From the NCBI GenBank assembly GCA_029262415.1, contig JAJCZL010000068.1, forward strand, positions 2,372-66,371: DNA of 64,000 bases. Direction: 5' to 3'. The stretch's first letter is position 1, and the number at the start of each line of letters is the position of its first letter. Positions 38,694 to 48,320 of this stretch are shown here, in pieces. The notes under the pieces are model-generated. The model was not told the origin of the DNA. It saw nothing but the letters and a program-made list of their open reading frames with translations, and made no database searches. This DNA is from Deltaproteobacteria bacterium. GTDB taxonomy: Bacteria > Desulfobacterota > Binatia > UBA1149 > JAJCZL01. Both the position numbers and the translations under genes were made by a program.

Positions 38694-39809
38694 CTATCTT
38701 TCAAGTGTGAAGCGCGCGATTTGTGCGCGGTGATCGCTCGGCGCTGCGGCGAGCAGGCGGTAGTTTGCGAAAGCGATGTGCCGGTTGCCGAGAATGTGGT
38801 CGATCCCCAATACGGGAAGCACCGCCGGAAAACTAAGGTGCGGCCCATGTCCGGCTTCGAGGTGGGCGTTGCGCAGGCCGAGTGTGGTGACGTTGTCGGC
38901 GTAGTAGGGCGCGTTGAAGTCGCCGGCCGCCACCACCGGAGTATCGGTGTGTTGGCGCAGCCACGCGCCGAGCATTGCGGACTCCTCTTTGTGCCAGTTG
39001 GCCGATGATGCCACGTGCACGGTCATTTTGAGCATGCCGTCTTCGGTCCAAATCGGCTTGGTTGCGTGGACGTTTACAATCCACATCTCACTGCCGTCGA
39101 TCTCGGCTCTTACCGCAAAGGTTCGGTAGTCGGTGATGCCGAATGCAACCTCGACGCCGGCTTCGTCGCTCAGTCGGCTACGACGAATCGCAGTTGCCAA
39201 TGCGAACACGCCGGTGCCCTTGCGCTGCGGCATTTGCTCGGGCTCGACCCAGTAGAACGCGAAGTCGGGAAAGGCCGCCACGTACCTCGCGCGGTTATTT
39301 AGACGGAGTTCTTGGAAGCAGAGTACGTCGATGTTTTCGGCGGCGACGATGGCGGGGAGGGTTTTGGTGAGTTCGCTTTTCTGATGGATATTGAGCGCGA
39401 GTAGGCCGAGCTCTGTGCGCTTGGTGGTTGCCGGCGCGACGGTCTGAGTAGTCGCGCGTGTGGTCGCGCGCGTACCGGCCGCGCGAGCGGTGGCGCTTGT
39501 GCCGCCGCCCCAGCCAAGACTGTCTAGGAAAAGCACCGTGCAGATTGTCGAGATTATCAATGCCGGGTTTGCGAAAAACGCAGGGCCGGCAGAACCCGCG
39601 CTGCGTCGCCCGCGTCGTCCGCGTAGCGAGAACGCGGCGACAGCGAATGCGACGACCGCAAGCACGATGCGCGGTGTGTATGCGAACAAGATACCGATCC
39701 GCCAGGCGTCAAGCCCGACATAGGGCGCGACCGCACTCAAAACCAGCAGTGCGAAAAGTGCGTTGCGTGCGAACTGCCCCACACCCCGCGAAACCGAGCG
39801 GTCGGTCAA
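38694..39809 (-). CDS. membrane-anchored endonuclease/exonuclease/phosphatase (EEP) family protein
   Basis: N-terminal TM helices; LLALNIHQ...VLCFQEL EEP motif. Confidence 0.6.
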   Translation of the reverse strand: MTDRSVSRGVGQFARNALFALLVLSAVAPYVGLDAWRIGILFAYTPRIVLAVVAFAVAAFSLRGRRGRRSAGSAGPAFFANPALIISTICTVLFLDSLGWGGGTSATARAAGTRATTRATTQTVAPATTKRTELGLLALNIHQKSELTKTLPAIVAAENIDVLCFQELRLNNRARYVAAFPDFAFYWVEPEQMPQRKGTGVFALATAIRRSRLSDEAGVEVAFGITDYRTFAVRAEIDGSEMWIVNVHATKPIWTEDGMLKMTVHVASSANWHKEESAMLGAWLRQHTDTPVVAAGDFNAPYYADNVTTLGLRNAHLEAGHGPHLSFPAVLPVLGIDHILGNRHIAFANYRLLAAAPSDHRAQIARFTLER

Positions 39810-41266
39810 CGCCGGTACATCCTGCGCGGCGATTCGAGCAAGGTATACAGCACGTTGTCGACGAAAGCCGGGTCGCTGGTCATGTCGAGATGGTCGGTGA
39901 ACAGAAACGTAACCGACGACCAGTCTATTGGGCTCTGGATTGACGGCGACCAGTGGCCGCCCGCGCGCTCATCCATCACCGCGCTGGTGCGCAGCACCCG
40001 GCCGTCACCCGCTGCGAGGGCCGAGACGCGCACCGTGCCGGTGTTTCTGTTTACGCTCAGCCGCGCCGGGGTATCAGCTGCGTCGCCTGCGTACAAAACC
40101 AGGCGTAACGCATCGGGGCGTTTGGCAGGGCGGTCGATTGCCGCGTGAAAGCGTTGTGCCTGTAGCAGCGATTTGTGCAAATGATCGCGTGCGATCCGAC
40201 GTCGCTCGGCTCGGTTGCCTACGCCGGGGAGCAGCCGCACCAGTACGCCGTCTTGTTGCGGATCGAGGATACCCCAGCCGAGTTCATCCCAAAGTGCTGC
40301 GTCGTAGAGGTCGCCGAACGGCGTTGTATCGTTACGGGCGTCAACAACCATCGCGTGGCGCGTGCGCGGCATCAGCTGGTAGAGCCCGGGCATGGTACCG
40401 ATCAGTGCAGGCGGATAGTCGGGTAAGAAGAAGGGGAACTCGACGCCGTTGATCAGGTTTAACACCGGATCTATCGCGCCGGCGTTGGGGGTGCCGACCA
40501 GGATCGCATTCTCGACGTTGCGCGCGCCCGCCCAGGTGAGCTTGGGCAGGCTGCCGTCGATGGGCAAGGGGGCGGCGCCGTAACGCAGATAATAGCGCGT
40601 GAGCAGTCCGCCCATCGAGTGCGCAACGATGTCGAACTTTACGTTCGGATTATCGACGCCGTAGCGCAGTTTAAGCTGCGCACTTACGTAGGCGCGTTTC
40701 TCTTGGATGAACGCATCCAGGCGCGCGGCGTTGGCGGCGTTGTCGCGTCGCCAGTCATACGCGAACTGAAAACACGTAAAGTGCCCGTCGGCGTACTGCA
40801 CCGCGCCGGCTTCGGCGAGTTCTTGGTCTTTGTATCCGCCGGCACCGAGCGTGCGCAGAATATTGACGTAGGCGCGCAACTGCAGCGGCAAGCCGAACAA
40901 GCTCAGTTTGAAACGATCGAGCACGCCGGCAGGCGCTGCGTTGTCGGTCAGTTCCGCAAGCGGCGTGCCGATACGCATCGGCACTGCCACCGAGCGCGCC
41001 CCGGCGGGATCACTTGGGTTGGCGAAGTCGCCCGAGAATGCACCCCAAACGGTCTCACCGGTGTCGGCGTCGACCAGGCGCGAGCCGAGTACGCCCGGGA
41101 TCACGATGATCGGGTTGCGCGTCTCGTCCGATTCCTGCGCGGCGCGGTTATACAGACCGCCGAGGTCGGGGATGTTCAACGCCAGGCTGCAGCCCGACGC
41201 CGCGGTCGCCAGCGCGGCTGCGGCTGCGAGCAACTTTGCGCGGAGTCCTGGTGGTTTGATCGGCAT
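39806..41266 (-). CDS. lipoprotein, LCAT-like alpha/beta-hydrolase (lipase/acyltransferase)
   Basis: Lipobox ATAASGC; IVIPGVLGSRL and nucleophile elbow AHSMGG. Confidence 0.6.
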   Translation of the reverse strand: MPIKPPGLRAKLLAAAAALATAASGCSLALNIPDLGGLYNRAAQESDETRNPIIVIPGVLGSRLVDADTGETVWGAFSGDFANPSDPAGARSVAVPMRIGTPLAELTDNAAPAGVLDRFKLSLFGLPLQLRAYVNILRTLGAGGYKDQELAEAGAVQYADGHFTCFQFAYDWRRDNAANAARLDAFIQEKRAYVSAQLKLRYGVDNPNVKFDIVAHSMGGLLTRYYLRYGAAPLPIDGSLPKLTWAGARNVENAILVGTPNAGAIDPVLNLINGVEFPFFLPDYPPALIGTMPGLYQLMPRTRHAMVVDARNDTTPFGDLYDAALWDELGWGILDPQQDGVLVRLLPGVGNRAERRRIARDHLHKSLLQAQRFHAAIDRPAKRPDALRLVLYAGDAADTPARLSVNRNTGTVRVSALAAGDGRVLRTSAVMDERAGGHWSPSIQSPIDWSSVTFLFTDHLDMTSDPAFVDNVLYTLLESPRRMYRR

Positions 41267-41649
41267 ACGTCGTTTAGTGGTTGTTCTTCTGTGTACGCAC
41301 CGGCAGACGAAGCAACCAAGAGAAGTTCCATCTCTACCAAAGCATCGATATCACGAGACAGCGTTCTATCCGAGAGACGTGCGTACTGTCTCGCGATTCG
41401 AGGCGTGGTTTCACCAAGCTCGCTCGCGGTCAGCGGCCGCTCCAGCGGTACCGCCAGCATCAGCCCGCGCCGTCGCTTAAACGTTTCTTTGTGGCGGTAC
41501 TCGGTGTTCGCGAACTGGGTGTAAATCAGGTCGCGCCAGGCGGTCTCGAACTGGCGTTCTTGCAACCGGGAGAGCAGGCCATGCAGACCGTCTCTATACC
41601 CGGTTACGGCGTAGTCGATGAATGACGAGAGACACCCGGATGGGCCCAC
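41176..41649 (-). pseudogene. C-terminal fragment of a Fic/DOC-family protein (no Fic motif; starts at an AT-rich junction)
   Basis: wHTH-like tail TASELGETTPRIARQYARLSDRTLSRDIDALVEMELL resembles Fic-family C-termini; reading frame opens directly after a TAG at the AT-rich patch 41693..41735. Confidence 0.3.
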
Positions 41650-41994
41650 TACTGTCCATACTACTGTCAGGCAACCTGTCTTTCGTGATGGGCTCTAACT
41701 TATTAATATTATGTTGTAATTTATGTATATCGACGAGTTTGGGGCGTAACTAGGCGGCCTACTGTCTACGAAAGGCGGGTTCTGCGGCACTAGAACTACG
41801 GGGCTTGAGCGCGTAGCAGCCGCCCTGCCGGAGAACAGCTCTTCGCCGCAATCCGACCCGATGGACGGGCGCGACGAGGAACTGGGAAAGAACCGAGCAA
41901 GTCCGACTCAACCCAGACCGTGACCAACAGCAGGTGCGTTGCGCAGCATGAATCTCGGCCAGGCGGCAACTATCTTGACACCTACCGCTTACCC

Positions 41995-42012
41995 ACATTC
42001 CGCGCGGAATGT
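41995..42012. repeat. 18-bp perfect palindrome ACATTCCGCGCGGAATGT (copy 4)
   Basis: Seen directly; intergenic between the Fic fragment and rsmB. Confidence 0.7.
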
Positions 42013-42396
42013 AGCCAAAACTTTGCACCTGGGTGCGTGCCGCCATCCGTACAAAGCGAGTTGGGCTTATTGACGGTGTCTCTCATCTTGCCAACGCCTG
42101 TAGAGCCACTCGCATCATGCTGGAGCCGGCACCAAGGCCATCATCTGCCGCGTGGCGTGCTCGGAAACGATTGATCGTGCCGAAGTCGGGACGAGGAAGA
42201 AGACCGGATCGCCCGCGTCGAGCCCATCGCTCAGATGCGCAGGGAATAGCCGGCCTTGAGCCTGATCCTACCGCTTGAACCGCTCCGCCTCGCTCATGCC
42301 GACGAGTCTACATCAGCGCCCCTGAAACTTTGAGCAGTCTTGGGTCGGTCTCCTGCGCAATCAGTGGTGAGAACGCCGGCGGAATCGGCGTCATGG

Positions 42397-43761
42397 TTAT
42401 CTTGCCTCCAGCGCGTTTCTTGTCATGCGCACGGCATAGAAACCATCGGTGTTGTGACGATGCGGCAGCGTGCGCAGGCTGCCGTCGTCGGCAAACAGCT
42501 CGGGGTCTATCTCGGGCGTTGCTGACGGCTCTGCCATTGTGAAGGTCGTGTGGTGTTCAAGAAAGCCGCGCACGATGTCTTGGTTCTCGGCGCGGGCAAT
42601 CGTGCATGTCGAATACACCAGCGTCCCGCCGGGGCGAACGAACGCGGCCGCGGCGGCAAGCAGCTCGCGCTGCATGGCCGCCAGGCGCCCGACGTCGGCG
42701 CGGCTGCGCCGCCATCTGATTTCGGGGTGCTGGCGAAGCGTGCCGAGGCCGGTGCAAGGGGCATCAACGAGCACGACGTCAAAGCTGCCGGTCTGTGCGG
42801 GGTCGAGACCTGTTAGCGATCCGTGGTGAATGCGGACGGGTGCGCCCTCTTGTTCGGCGCAGCGTGCGCGTTCAAGTGTCGCGCGAATCAACTCGGGTGC
42901 GTGCGCGGTCGGGTCTACCGCGAGTACGCTGCCCTTCGGGCCCGCAAGTGCGGCCAAGTAGGCGGTCTTTCCGCCCGGCGCTGCGCAGGCATCGAGCACC
43001 CGGTCGCCTGCGCGCACACCGGCCAACACGCAGACCAGTTGTGATGACTCGCCTTGTGCAATCGCTATGCCCGGCGCCTCGACGCTCTTGCGCGCGACGA
43101 TTGCATCGGGGCCGTAGCGCGCAGGGCCGGCTTCGATGCCCTCGGCGGCCAGTGCGGCAAGTGCACGGCTGCGCGCGACGAGCGCGCGCAGCACCACTGG
43201 GTTGGCCTCGTTGTTGGCTTGCATCAGTGCGTCGGCTTCGTCTGTGCCGAGCTCGTTGCGCCACATTTCGATCAGCCAGCCCGGGTGTGAGAATTCAAAC
43301 GCCGCCCGTTTTAGGTTGTCTTTGATCTGCGGCGCCGCCAGTTTCTCGCGCAGTGCGCGGCGTAACACCGCGTTGATCAGGCCGCCGGCTTTGGGCGCCA
43401 GACGCTTTGCGAGTTCGACGGCCGAATCGACCACCGCATAAGAAGGCACGCGATCGAGAAACAACAGTTGAAACAACGCCGAGCGCAACAGCACGCGCAC
43501 CGCCGCATCGAGTTGGTCGGTGCTCTTGTCGATACGCGCGCCGATGTGGGCATCGAGCGTTAGCTGCCGCGCGAGGGTGCCGTAGGCGATGATGGTGGCA
43601 AGGCCGCGATCGGCTTCTGAGAGCGTCGTGCGCGCAAGCTCGCGTGCGAGCACGGCGTCGGCGAACGCGCCGCGTTCTTCGACTTCGAGCAGCACGCGTA
43701 CGGCGAGTTCGCGCGCGGCGAGTCCCACCGCGTCGCGCGCACGCTGCTTAGACTGCGGCAC
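42397..43761 (-). CDS. rsmB: 16S rRNA (cytosine967-C5)-methyltransferase RsmB/Sun
   Basis: NusB-like N-terminus; MTase motifs DACAAPGGKT and PCTGLGT. Confidence 0.8.
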   Translation of the reverse strand: MPQSKQRARDAVGLAARELAVRVLLEVEERGAFADAVLARELARTTLSEADRGLATIIAYGTLARQLTLDAHIGARIDKSTDQLDAAVRVLLRSALFQLLFLDRVPSYAVVDSAVELAKRLAPKAGGLINAVLRRALREKLAAPQIKDNLKRAAFEFSHPGWLIEMWRNELGTDEADALMQANNEANPVVLRALVARSRALAALAAEGIEAGPARYGPDAIVARKSVEAPGIAIAQGESSQLVCVLAGVRAGDRVLDACAAPGGKTAYLAALAGPKGSVLAVDPTAHAPELIRATLERARCAEQEGAPVRIHHGSLTGLDPAQTGSFDVVLVDAPCTGLGTLRQHPEIRWRRSRADVGRLAAMQRELLAAAAAFVRPGGTLVYSTCTIARAENQDIVRGFLEHHTTFTMAEPSATPEIDPELFADDGSLRTLPHRHNTDGFYAVRMTRNALEAR

Positions 43762-43764
43762 CGC

Positions 43765-44763
43765 TCAGCCTTCGAAGCGATGCGGCAAATGTTTGCCGTA
43801 TCCGCGCACGAAGTCGGCAGCCGCCATCTGCTTCTTGCCCTCGGGTTGCACGCGGGTGATGCGCAAGAGTCCTTCGCCGCAGGTGACGAGCAATCCGGCC
43901 TCGCCGGCGTCGATGATCTCGCCGTGTGACTGCGCGATGTCCGTCGCCGGCCCGGCGTGCGCGGCGGCTTGGCTGTCAGTGGGGTTGCCAAGCTGCAACA
44001 TGCTCTCATCAATAACGTGTGCAGCGAGGATCTTCAGCCGCTTGCCGCCCAAGAATGTGAACGCAGCGGGTGATGGCAGGAACGCGCGGATCTGACGGTC
44101 GATCGCGTGTGCGTCGGCCGTCCAGTCTATACGCATGTCTTGTTTCGTCAGCGGTGGTGCCGGCGTCGCGAGTGCGTCGTTCTGTGGGGTGAAGGTCGCC
44201 GTGCCGTTGTTGAGCTGTGTGATCACCTGGACGAGCAGCTCGGCCGACATGTCGGCCATGCGCTCACGCAGCTGTCCGCCGGTTATCCGCAGCCCGATGG
44301 GGATAGTCTGCTCCAACATCACATCGCCGGCGTCCATACGTTCGTTAATGCGAATGATAGTGACGCCGGTTTCATCGAGCCCTTGCAGCATCGCGCGTTC
44401 GATCGGTGCGGCGCCGCGCAGCGCGGGCAAGATCGAGCCGTGCGCGTTGATACAGCCGTGCCGCGGGATCTCGAGAACGCTGTTCGGAAGAATCCGTCCG
44501 TAAGCCACGACCACGCCGAGGTCGGGTGCGATCTTGGCCAGTCGTTCGGCGAAGGCCGGGTCTTTCGCGCTGCGCGGCTCCAAGACCTCGAGGTTGTGCT
44601 TGAGCGCGAGGGTCTTGACGGCGCTCGGCTGCAGCTTTTTGCCACGGCCCGCGGGCGCATCGGGGCGTGTGACCACCGCCGCGATCGTGCAGCCGTCAAA
44701 GTCGAGCAGCCGGGCCAGGCTGATTGCCGCATAAGGCGGCGTGCCCATGAACACACAACGCAT
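43765..44763 (-). CDS. fmt: methionyl-tRNA formyltransferase
   Basis: HGCINAHGSILPALRGAAPIERAML motif; start refined to MRCVFMGTP. Confidence 0.85.
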   Translation of the reverse strand: MRCVFMGTPPYAAISLARLLDFDGCTIAAVVTRPDAPAGRGKKLQPSAVKTLALKHNLEVLEPRSAKDPAFAERLAKIAPDLGVVVAYGRILPNSVLEIPRHGCINAHGSILPALRGAAPIERAMLQGLDETGVTIIRINERMDAGDVMLEQTIPIGLRITGGQLRERMADMSAELLVQVITQLNNGTATFTPQNDALATPAPPLTKQDMRIDWTADAHAIDRQIRAFLPSPAAFTFLGGKRLKILAAHVIDESMLQLGNPTDSQAAAHAGPATDIAQSHGEIIDAGEAGLLVTCGEGLLRITRVQPEGKKQMAAADFVRGYGKHLPHRFEG

Positions 44764-44906
44764 CAGGGTCATCGGTTACAGCGGACACGGCCCGACGCAA
44801 ATCGGATCGGCCGCCACGGTCATATTTGCAGACGGAATGGCGTATATGCGTCGTTGAGAACCCCGGTGACGATTCACAACGCGTGTCCGGATCGGAGGTT
44901 CGCCCC

Positions 44907-45125
44907 GTGAGGGTCAAGTACTACAAAGAGACCGATTCGCTCTATATCGACCTTGCCGAGGTGCCGAGTGCCGAGAGTCGCGAGGTCTCCGAAGGGATCG
45001 TTCTTGACTACGATGCCGACGGCAACCTTGTCGGGATCGATATCGACAACGCTACGGCTAAGGTCGGCCTTGAGCGCTTGGTTGTCAGCAGCCTGCCGGG
45101 CACCGTCGAAACTGACGCGGCTTGA
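44907..45125 (+). CDS. DUF2283-family small protein
   Basis: GGAGG RBS + GTG; VKYYKETDSLYIDL...LDYDADGNLVGIDIDNA matches the DUF2283 pattern; sits between def and fmt on the opposite strand. Confidence 0.45.
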   Translation: MRVKYYKETDSLYIDLAEVPSAESREVSEGIVLDYDADGNLVGIDIDNATAKVGLERLVVSSLPGTVETDAA

Positions 45126-45141
45126 GACCGAGCCCTTCCTT

Positions 45142-45687
45142 TTAGATGTTGGGGACGTTGCTCTTGCTGGGATCGGGGTCGGGGATATCGCCGAGTTTTT
45201 TCAGGCGCTTGCGGTACATCTCGCGTTTCAGGCGTGAGAGGTGGTCGATGAACAGGGTGCCGTCGAGGTGGTCGATCTCGTGTTGCAGGCAAACCGCCGC
45301 CAGATTTTCGGCCTCGATCTCGATCTCTTTGTGATCCAGCGTCCAGCCCTTGACCAAAACCCGCGATGCGCGCGTAACCTCGGCGGTGTAGTCGACCACC
45401 GACAGGCAGCCTTCTTCGGTAATCTGGCTGCCTTCGGCCTCGATAATCTCGGGGTTGATGATCTTGAACAGTTCTTTGCCGCGGTCGTTTTCGCGGCCGA
45501 CATCGACGACGATCACGCGCTCGAGCACGCCCACCTGGTTGGCCGCCAGCCCGATACCGTTCGCGCTGTACATCGTGTCGGCCATGTTGTTCAGCAGTGC
45601 GGCCGTCTTGCCGTCGATTTCTTTAACCTTTTCGGCTTCCTTGGCGAGGATACCGTCGGGGAATCTGTGGATGCGCAGAAGCGCCAT
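45142..45687 (-). CDS. def: peptide deformylase
   Basis: GIGLAANQVG, EGCLS and QHEIDHLDG motifs; start refined to MALLRIH. Confidence 0.85.
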   Translation of the reverse strand: MALLRIHRFPDGILAKEAEKVKEIDGKTAALLNNMADTMYSANGIGLAANQVGVLERVIVVDVGRENDRGKELFKIINPEIIEAEGSQITEEGCLSVVDYTAEVTRASRVLVKGWTLDHKEIEIEAENLAAVCLQHEIDHLDGTLFIDHLSRLKREMYRKRLKKLGDIPDPDPSKSNVPNI

Positions 45688-45900
45688 CCTGCTAGATAAC
45701 GTGAGATTGGAGTTGGGTGCAAGGCAGCAGCTGTGGCTGCGGGTCGCGGTGGGAGTGTCGAAAACACGGATTCCGGCATTTAGAGTGCCCGGTCTAAGTG
45801 GCGAACTCACACAAAAAGACTATTTCTACACTTGGCCCGGTGTCGGCACGGTTTGTACGCAGCCGTGGATTGGCCACACACCTCTTCTCCTTTTAACTTG

Positions 45901-47262
45901 ATGCCGCCGACCCGACCAAACACAAACCCGACTGCGCAATCGGCGGTGGCCGCCGGCCGCCAGGCGGTGTTGCGTACGATAACGCGCGAGGGCGTTGCCT
46001 CTAGTGCGATGGTCGGCATCGGCGAGACCTACTTCGCCGCCTTCGCCTTGGCTCTCGGGCACAGCGACGCAACCGCCGGTCTGCTCGCTTCGGTGCCGCT
46101 GTTGGCAGGTGCGGTGTTGCAGATGGCGACACCCAAGGGGCTGGTGCGGCTGCAGTCCTACCGGCGCTGGGTGGTCGGCAGCGCGGTGGTGCAGGCGCTG
46201 ACCTTTGTGCCGCTTATCTGGGGAGCGCTGGCCGGGCGGCTGCCGACCTCTACCTTATTTATTTCGGCCGCGCTGTACTGGGCGGCCGCAATGTCGACGG
46301 CGGCCGGCTGGAATCCGTGGGTCGGTCGCATGGTGCCGCGCCGTACGCGCGCGCGCTACTTCGCCCACCGTGCCCGCTACGCGCAAGCGGCCGTGCTTGT
46401 CGGCATCTGCTTGGGCGGGGTCGTGCTGCACGTCTTTGACGACGGTCCGCAAAAACTCCACGGCTTTGCGTTGCTGTTCGCGATCGCATTCGTGGCGCGT
46501 GCGGTATCGTCACGTCTGCTCGCTTTGCATCCCGATGCTGATCCCTGCTCCGAGCCCGACCCCGACGAGACCGCGGCAATTACACCGGCCGCGGTGGGCG
46601 GCCGCCGACTGTTCGCCTATCTACTCGGCTCGCAACTCACCGTGCAGGTCGCCGCGCCCTACTTCACGCCCTACATGCTCGAGCATCTGCATTTCGGCTA
46701 CGCGCCTTACGTGGCGTTGACCGCCGCGTCTTTCCTTGCACGGATCGTTGCCGCGCCGATGCTCGGCCGCTTCGCGCACAACTACGGTGCCAGGCGGATG
46801 TTGCGCGTCTGCGCGCTCGGCATCACGCCGTTGCCGCTGTTGTGGTTGGTGTCGAATTCGTTCGGCTACTTGCTGGTCGTGCAACTGATAGCCGGTGTCG
46901 CTTGGGGCGGGTACGAGTTGGCGACGTTGCTGTTGTTTTTCGATGCAGTCTCCGAGCGCAGCAGACCGGCCTTGCTCGCGAAGTTCAACCTGGCCAACGC
47001 CGTCGCGATGGTCGTCGGCGCGATGCTCGGCGCGTGGCTGCTCGGCGCCGCGGGCAGCAGTTTGACGACCTACGCGTGGTTGTTCGGCGTTTCCGCCCTA
47101 GGCCGCGCGGCAGTCTTGCCGCTACTCGGCCGCATCCCCGACTACGTGCCGCCGCCGGGGGCCGCAGACGAACTGCCGATCCGTACGATGGCGGTGCGGC
47201 CGTCGATGGGCGCTATTCAGCGGCCGGTGTTGGCGGGGTTGCCGGGGGATAAGAGTGGGTGA
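45901..47262 (+). CDS. MFS transporter
   Basis: 12 predicted TM helices, MFS-like Gly/Arg-rich loops; start may be 45832 or 45901. Confidence 0.6.
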   Translation: MPPTRPNTNPTAQSAVAAGRQAVLRTITREGVASSAMVGIGETYFAAFALALGHSDATAGLLASVPLLAGAVLQMATPKGLVRLQSYRRWVVGSAVVQALTFVPLIWGALAGRLPTSTLFISAALYWAAAMSTAAGWNPWVGRMVPRRTRARYFAHRARYAQAAVLVGICLGGVVLHVFDDGPQKLHGFALLFAIAFVARAVSSRLLALHPDADPCSEPDPDETAAITPAAVGGRRLFAYLLGSQLTVQVAAPYFTPYMLEHLHFGYAPYVALTAASFLARIVAAPMLGRFAHNYGARRMLRVCALGITPLPLLWLVSNSFGYLLVVQLIAGVAWGGYELATLLLFFDAVSERSRPALLAKFNLANAVAMVVGAMLGAWLLGAAGSSLTTYAWLFGVSALGRAAVLPLLGRIPDYVPPPGAADELPIRTMAVRPSMGAIQRPVLAGLPGDKSG

Positions 47263-47280
47263 GCTTTTAGTCGGGGGCGG

Positions 47281-48273
47281 CTACCCCAGGAAACAGTTCT
47301 CGTTGTGCCAGGTCAGCGTGGCAGCATCGGGTCGGTCTGATTCTGTGTGGGGAACGTTGATCTGTTTCCCGTGAAGCGGGTAGTACGTGCGCCCGTTCTC
47401 AAAGTCTGCTTTCAAGCGTGCGCTGACTTCGAAACGGTGCTCGGGCGTGACCGTGACGTAGCCTTTGTCGAAGAGGCGATGGAAGTCCGAACGAAGTAGC
47501 AAGCCGTTCGCCGTGGCGTGCTCGCCACCCTTGGCGTACGGGCGAATGTGTGCAGCCTCCAGAGCCGGCAGCGAGTGCTCGGATGAGACGGCGCAGGTGC
47601 GTCCATACGCGTCCGTCACCGCGATGCGGAATGTCCCTTGGCCGAGGCGCGGCCTCACCAGAGTCGGCTGGCCGAAGCGTTCGGCCGGCTCGGCGATCGA
47701 CGGTGAAGAGGCGCCGCCAGCTGCTCGGGCGTAGTCGGCCTGGACGCGGGCCTGGCACTCTTGGTAAATGCGGAGTCCTTCACCCTGGCTGAGATCCTCT
47801 TGTCGACCTTGAACGGTCGCTTTTCCCCAATCGGACGGTTCTCGTACCCATTCACCTGGTGCAAAGAAGACGGGTTGGGTAATCATTAGACAGCCGACAC
47901 TGTAAGACCCACTTGGATCTCGTTTCTCGGGCTTTCGGTATCGTTCGATCCGCGCGACCATTTCTTCGAATGTTGTCGCTCCGTTTGCTTCTTCGAAGCT
48001 TTCCCAGGCGAGCCACGCAGGCAAGACTGAGGCACGCGCGAGAAACCCGAATCCCCCTATCGCGTTGTGCGGTGCCTTTAGCTTGAAGAAGAACGGAGTG
48101 CCCGGGGGCTTGCTGTGGAATGTCTTTGCGCCTGACGGTTGCCAGAAGTTCACTTCGTCCAACGTCTCGCGGGCGCGCAAGAACTCGTACCAATCAAAGT
48201 CTGTGGGTGCGATGATCCCGTGCATCCGAGTTATCTCTTCTATATAACCGCACCGTTGCGCGTGGCCTAACAA
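47281..48273 (-). CDS. PUA-like (EVE/ASCH-type) domain fused to HNH_2 nuclease; candidate modification-dependent restriction endonuclease
   Basis: N-terminal EVNFWQPSGAKTF...PGTPFFFKLK..NAIGGFG (PUA-like fold pattern); C-terminal CAVSSEHSLPALEAAHIRPYAKGGEHATANGLLLRSDFHRLFDKGYVTV (HNH_2 pattern). Confidence 0.55.
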   Translation of the reverse strand: MLGHAQRCGYIEEITRMHGIIAPTDFDWYEFLRARETLDEVNFWQPSGAKTFHSKPPGTPFFFKLKAPHNAIGGFGFLARASVLPAWLAWESFEEANGATTFEEMVARIERYRKPEKRDPSGSYSVGCLMITQPVFFAPGEWVREPSDWGKATVQGRQEDLSQGEGLRIYQECQARVQADYARAAGGASSPSIAEPAERFGQPTLVRPRLGQGTFRIAVTDAYGRTCAVSSEHSLPALEAAHIRPYAKGGEHATANGLLLRSDFHRLFDKGYVTVTPEHRFEVSARLKADFENGRTYYPLHGKQINVPHTESDRPDAATLTWHNENCFLG

Positions 48274-48320
48274 CCCAGGTGTTTCGTCGGCAACGCGATG
48301 CGTCGCGTACTGGATCGGGG

